Positions 30,059 to 32,000 of a stretch of DNA of 32,000 nt are shown here, piece by piece (the stretch's first letter is position 1; each line of letters starts with the position of its first letter). The notes below the pieces were generated by a model. That model saw nothing but the letters and a program-made list of their open reading frames with translations, did no database searches and was not told the DNA's origin. The stretch comes from Candidatus Saccharimonadota bacterium (GTDB taxonomy: Bacteria; Patescibacteriota; Gracilibacteria; Absconditabacterales; Absconditicoccaceae). Both the position numbers and the translations under genes were made by a program. The stretch covers positions 240,001 through 272,000 of the forward strand of contig CP006913.1 of NCBI GenBank assembly GCA_000503875.1, in the 5' to 3' direction.

Positions 30059-31065
30059 TATGATTTTTTTGAAGTAAAAGGTTTGATAATGGTAGTAATA
30101 AGAAGTACAAGTTCTCTCATTAATGGCAATGCAGGACTACGTCCCCATATCCAAAGCATAACACTATATCTTACCAAAACAAGAAGTACAGTAAGAATAG
30201 CTAGTCATGAAATATGTCAGAGGTCTACTTGCCAAAGAAGGATAATAATACAAATCAATAATAATCAATATTGTCGCTGAATGCTTCCAAATTTTTTGAT
30301 ATCATAGAGATATTGATATTCGTTTTTTATATTTTCAACTAAGAGTTTCCAATATGGACGATTGTAATTTCCGTGAAAAAGAAACACAATACTTCACCAT
30401 ACATATCACCAAATTTCTTCTGGATTTTTGTAAAATAAAGAAGAAACAAATTCTGATATAGATTTGGGTATAATATCGATATTTCCAAGTAAAGTTACTA
30501 TTCTTACGAGTATTACTATTCCTATAAATACAGCAAAAAATGGTGTTGGAGCAAGACATGATATACCAAATAAGATCCATAGAATAAGAGATTCTTTTAT
30601 TAAGATATCAGGTGTATCAAAACTATGTTTCATATATCGAAGATAAACAGAATATCCAGGTAAATATGCTAAAAAAGAATGTGCTTTATCAAGATTAGTA
30701 TATTCAGTGAATTCACTTTTGTTCGACAATGATGTTTTCTTTATTATTTTGATTTCTGTTATTGCTCAAATACATCCAATACCCAAAAGAGCAACCAAAA
30801 TACCAACAATAACTTGATAAATTATAGTAAGAATATCTATTGTATAAAAATAAGAAAACAGACCACTCAATAATGCTAATCCTACCAAAATAAGATTGAT
30901 CCATCCCAAAGAAATATATCCTTGAACAAAAAGACGATCTTGTTCGTTTAATTCGAGACTGTCTCCCTTAAGTAAATGGGTAATAAACGGAGAAAAAAAC
31001 ATCAAAGAAGCCAGACTTAATTGAATTTTTAATGATTGATTATTTGCTTTTTCCTCAATATTCAT
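30058..31065 (-). CDS. Polytopic membrane protein (335 aa), candidate VirB6/TrbL-type channel component
   Basis: Tracked ORFs 30766..31065 and 30406..30729 share one frame and are joined by a single TGA (30763-30765). The frame continues through 5 more TGA codons to TAA 30058-30060, which overlaps the next ATG (TAATG). There are 7-8 hydrophobic segments. Confidence 0.65.
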
Positions 31066-31100
31066 AAGATATATATATTCTAAGTGCTAAAAGCTAAGAG

Positions 31101-32000
31101 CTATTTTACATCAGTAGTAATAAATTCTTTCTCTGTTGGAGAAGCCAATACTTTGACCCCTACGTGCTGTTGCCCCGCAAAAATGAGCCCTTCTCCAACT
31201 CCACAAGATACCAACCTTCTTTGCTCTGCCTCAGAGAGTCCAAGCAGATCATTGAGCGCTTTGATAGAAGTGGTAGATTGTTTAAGCAATATTTGAAGAG
31301 ACGAGTTAGAAAGAATAGGTTTTCCATACTTACTTCTTACGAAGTCTTCAATATCTTGAGAGATGGTAGTAATTCCAAGTCCATATTTTCTGGCTCTTTT
31401 GATAAGTCCAAATAAGAATTCTGCAGAAGTTTCATGTTGAAGCATAATCCAGGCTTCATCACAGATAAGTAATCTTTTCTTTTTCTGTGATCTTACTTTG
31501 GTCCAGATAAAGTTCAAAACGTTAAACATCGCAGGTGTTTTTAATACTTCTTCAAGATCTCTAATACTAAAAACGGTCATTGCATTGTTGATATCTACGT
31601 TAGTATAGTTATTGAAAAGTTTTCCAAAGGTTCCAGTAACATATTTACTAAGTTTAAGCGCTATTTTTTCTCCACCATCCATACCATCCAAAACATTCAT
31701 CAAATCTTCCATCAATGGTGGTTGTTTGCCTTCATATGACATAGCTTCCAAAGAAAATCCTTTTAAGCTATAGGTACTTTGAATTGCTTTATCCAGAAGA
31801 GCTTCTTCTTCAGTACTTAAATCTCCAATCAATAATTTCACTAATCCAATAAGTGCCATAATCTGACTTCTCAAAAGATCTCCTTTCCCGTAATCAACAT
31901 CACTAATTTGTGGAGGAATATCAAATGGATTAATAAATTGTTGTGAACTTGTAGCAATATTTACATAGGTACCACCTACTTTTTGAGCAAGCGTTTTGTA
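31101..32000 (-). CDS. VirB4/TrbE/TraC-like type IV secretion ATPase (C-terminal part; continues past window end)
   Basis: FINPFDIPP, KKKRLLICDEAWIML (Walker B DEAW), ARKYGLGITTISQDIEDF, LSEAEQRRL. Open to position 32000; TAG at 31101-31103. Confidence 0.85.
   Translation of the reverse strand, partial: YKTLAQKVGGTYVNIATSSQQFINPFDIPPQISDVDYGKGDLLRSQIMALIGLVKLLIGDLSTEEEALLDKAIQSTYSLKGFSLEAMSYEGKQPPLMEDLMNVLDGMDGGEKIALKLSKYVTGTFGKLFNNYTNVDINNAMTVFSIRDLEEVLKTPAMFNVLNFIWTKVRSQKKKRLLICDEAWIMLQHETSAEFLFGLIKRARKYGLGITTISQDIEDFVRSKYGKPILSNSSLQILLKQSTTSIKALNDLLGLSEAEQRRLVSCGVGEGLIFAGQQHVGVKVLASPTEKEFITTDVK

Noticed and set aside
30406-31065. Two separate small membrane-protein genes (30766-31065 and 30406-30729), plus overlapping ORFs at 30335-30580, 30713-30904 and 30464-30646.
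   Set aside because: The first two share a frame and are separated only by one TGA, with no TAA/TAG, so they are merged into one 335-aa CDS. The others are alternative-frame or antisense artefacts.
1-32000. The many short, adjacent same-frame ORFs in the track could be read as a genome full of pseudogenes or frameshifts.
   Set aside because: The interruptions are always TGA and never TAA/TAG. They coincide with conserved Gly positions, so this is recoding rather than decay.
1-32000. Searched by eye for rRNA, tRNA (T-loop GTTCRANYC with acceptor pairing), CRISPR repeats, transposase or integrase genes, and long inverted or direct DNA repeats.
   Set aside because: None were found apart from elements A and B. 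All spacers other than those two are short and extremely AT-rich.

Overview
This is an AT-rich bacterial chromosome segment that only reads sensibly with a non-standard genetic code. In-frame TGA falls on invariant glycines: L27 KKAGGS, PGRP-amidase GWGDIGYNF, SpoIID GHGVG, AlaRS GPxGPCGP, EF-G LPxG, S2P protease, and even the GGQ motif of RF1. That is UGA=Gly (NCBI table 25), the code of Absconditabacteria (SR1) and Gracilibacteria in the Candidate Phyla Radiation. In addition, CGA and CGG codons fall on invariant Trp or aromatic positions: TPI EPVWAIGTG, amidase WGADE, AlaRS GN[W/F]S and AWE, and ALDH AF..W. Conserved arginines use only AGA/AGG/CGT/CGC. This matches, from memory, the CGA/CGG->Trp reassignment reported for one Absconditabacterales lineage. 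The supplied standard-code ORF track is therefore badly fragmented. Re-translating with TGA=Gly gives 30 CDS and no rRNA, tRNA, CRISPR or transposase. Housekeeping genes are rpmA, rpmF, nusB, holB, tagA-like, alaS, tpiA, an aldehyde dehydrogenase, fusA, prfA, an M50 protease, secG and an SBP5 protein. They are interleaved with envelope and accessory genes: a secreted amidase-SpoIID fusion; a DUF3494/DUF11-repeat adhesin with an FPKTG sorting signal next to a sortase; DUF333 and membrane proteins; a MazG-like gene paired with an unknown gene; and tandem small paralogs. The most interesting items are listed here. (1) The double codon reassignment. (2) A VirB4-linked, T4SS-like operon at the 3' end, whose 694-aa product fuses a Cys-rich ectodomain to three tandem VirB2/TrbC-pilin-like hairpin modules. 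(3) Two copies of a previously unrecognised structured intergenic element, sense-oriented just upstream of the ALDH gene and of prfA. (4) An AlaRS that stops before the editing domain. (5) A G+C-rich block (15.6-18.3 kb) carrying DUF134, tpiA and ALDH. All calls come from reading the sequence by eye; no database search was possible.
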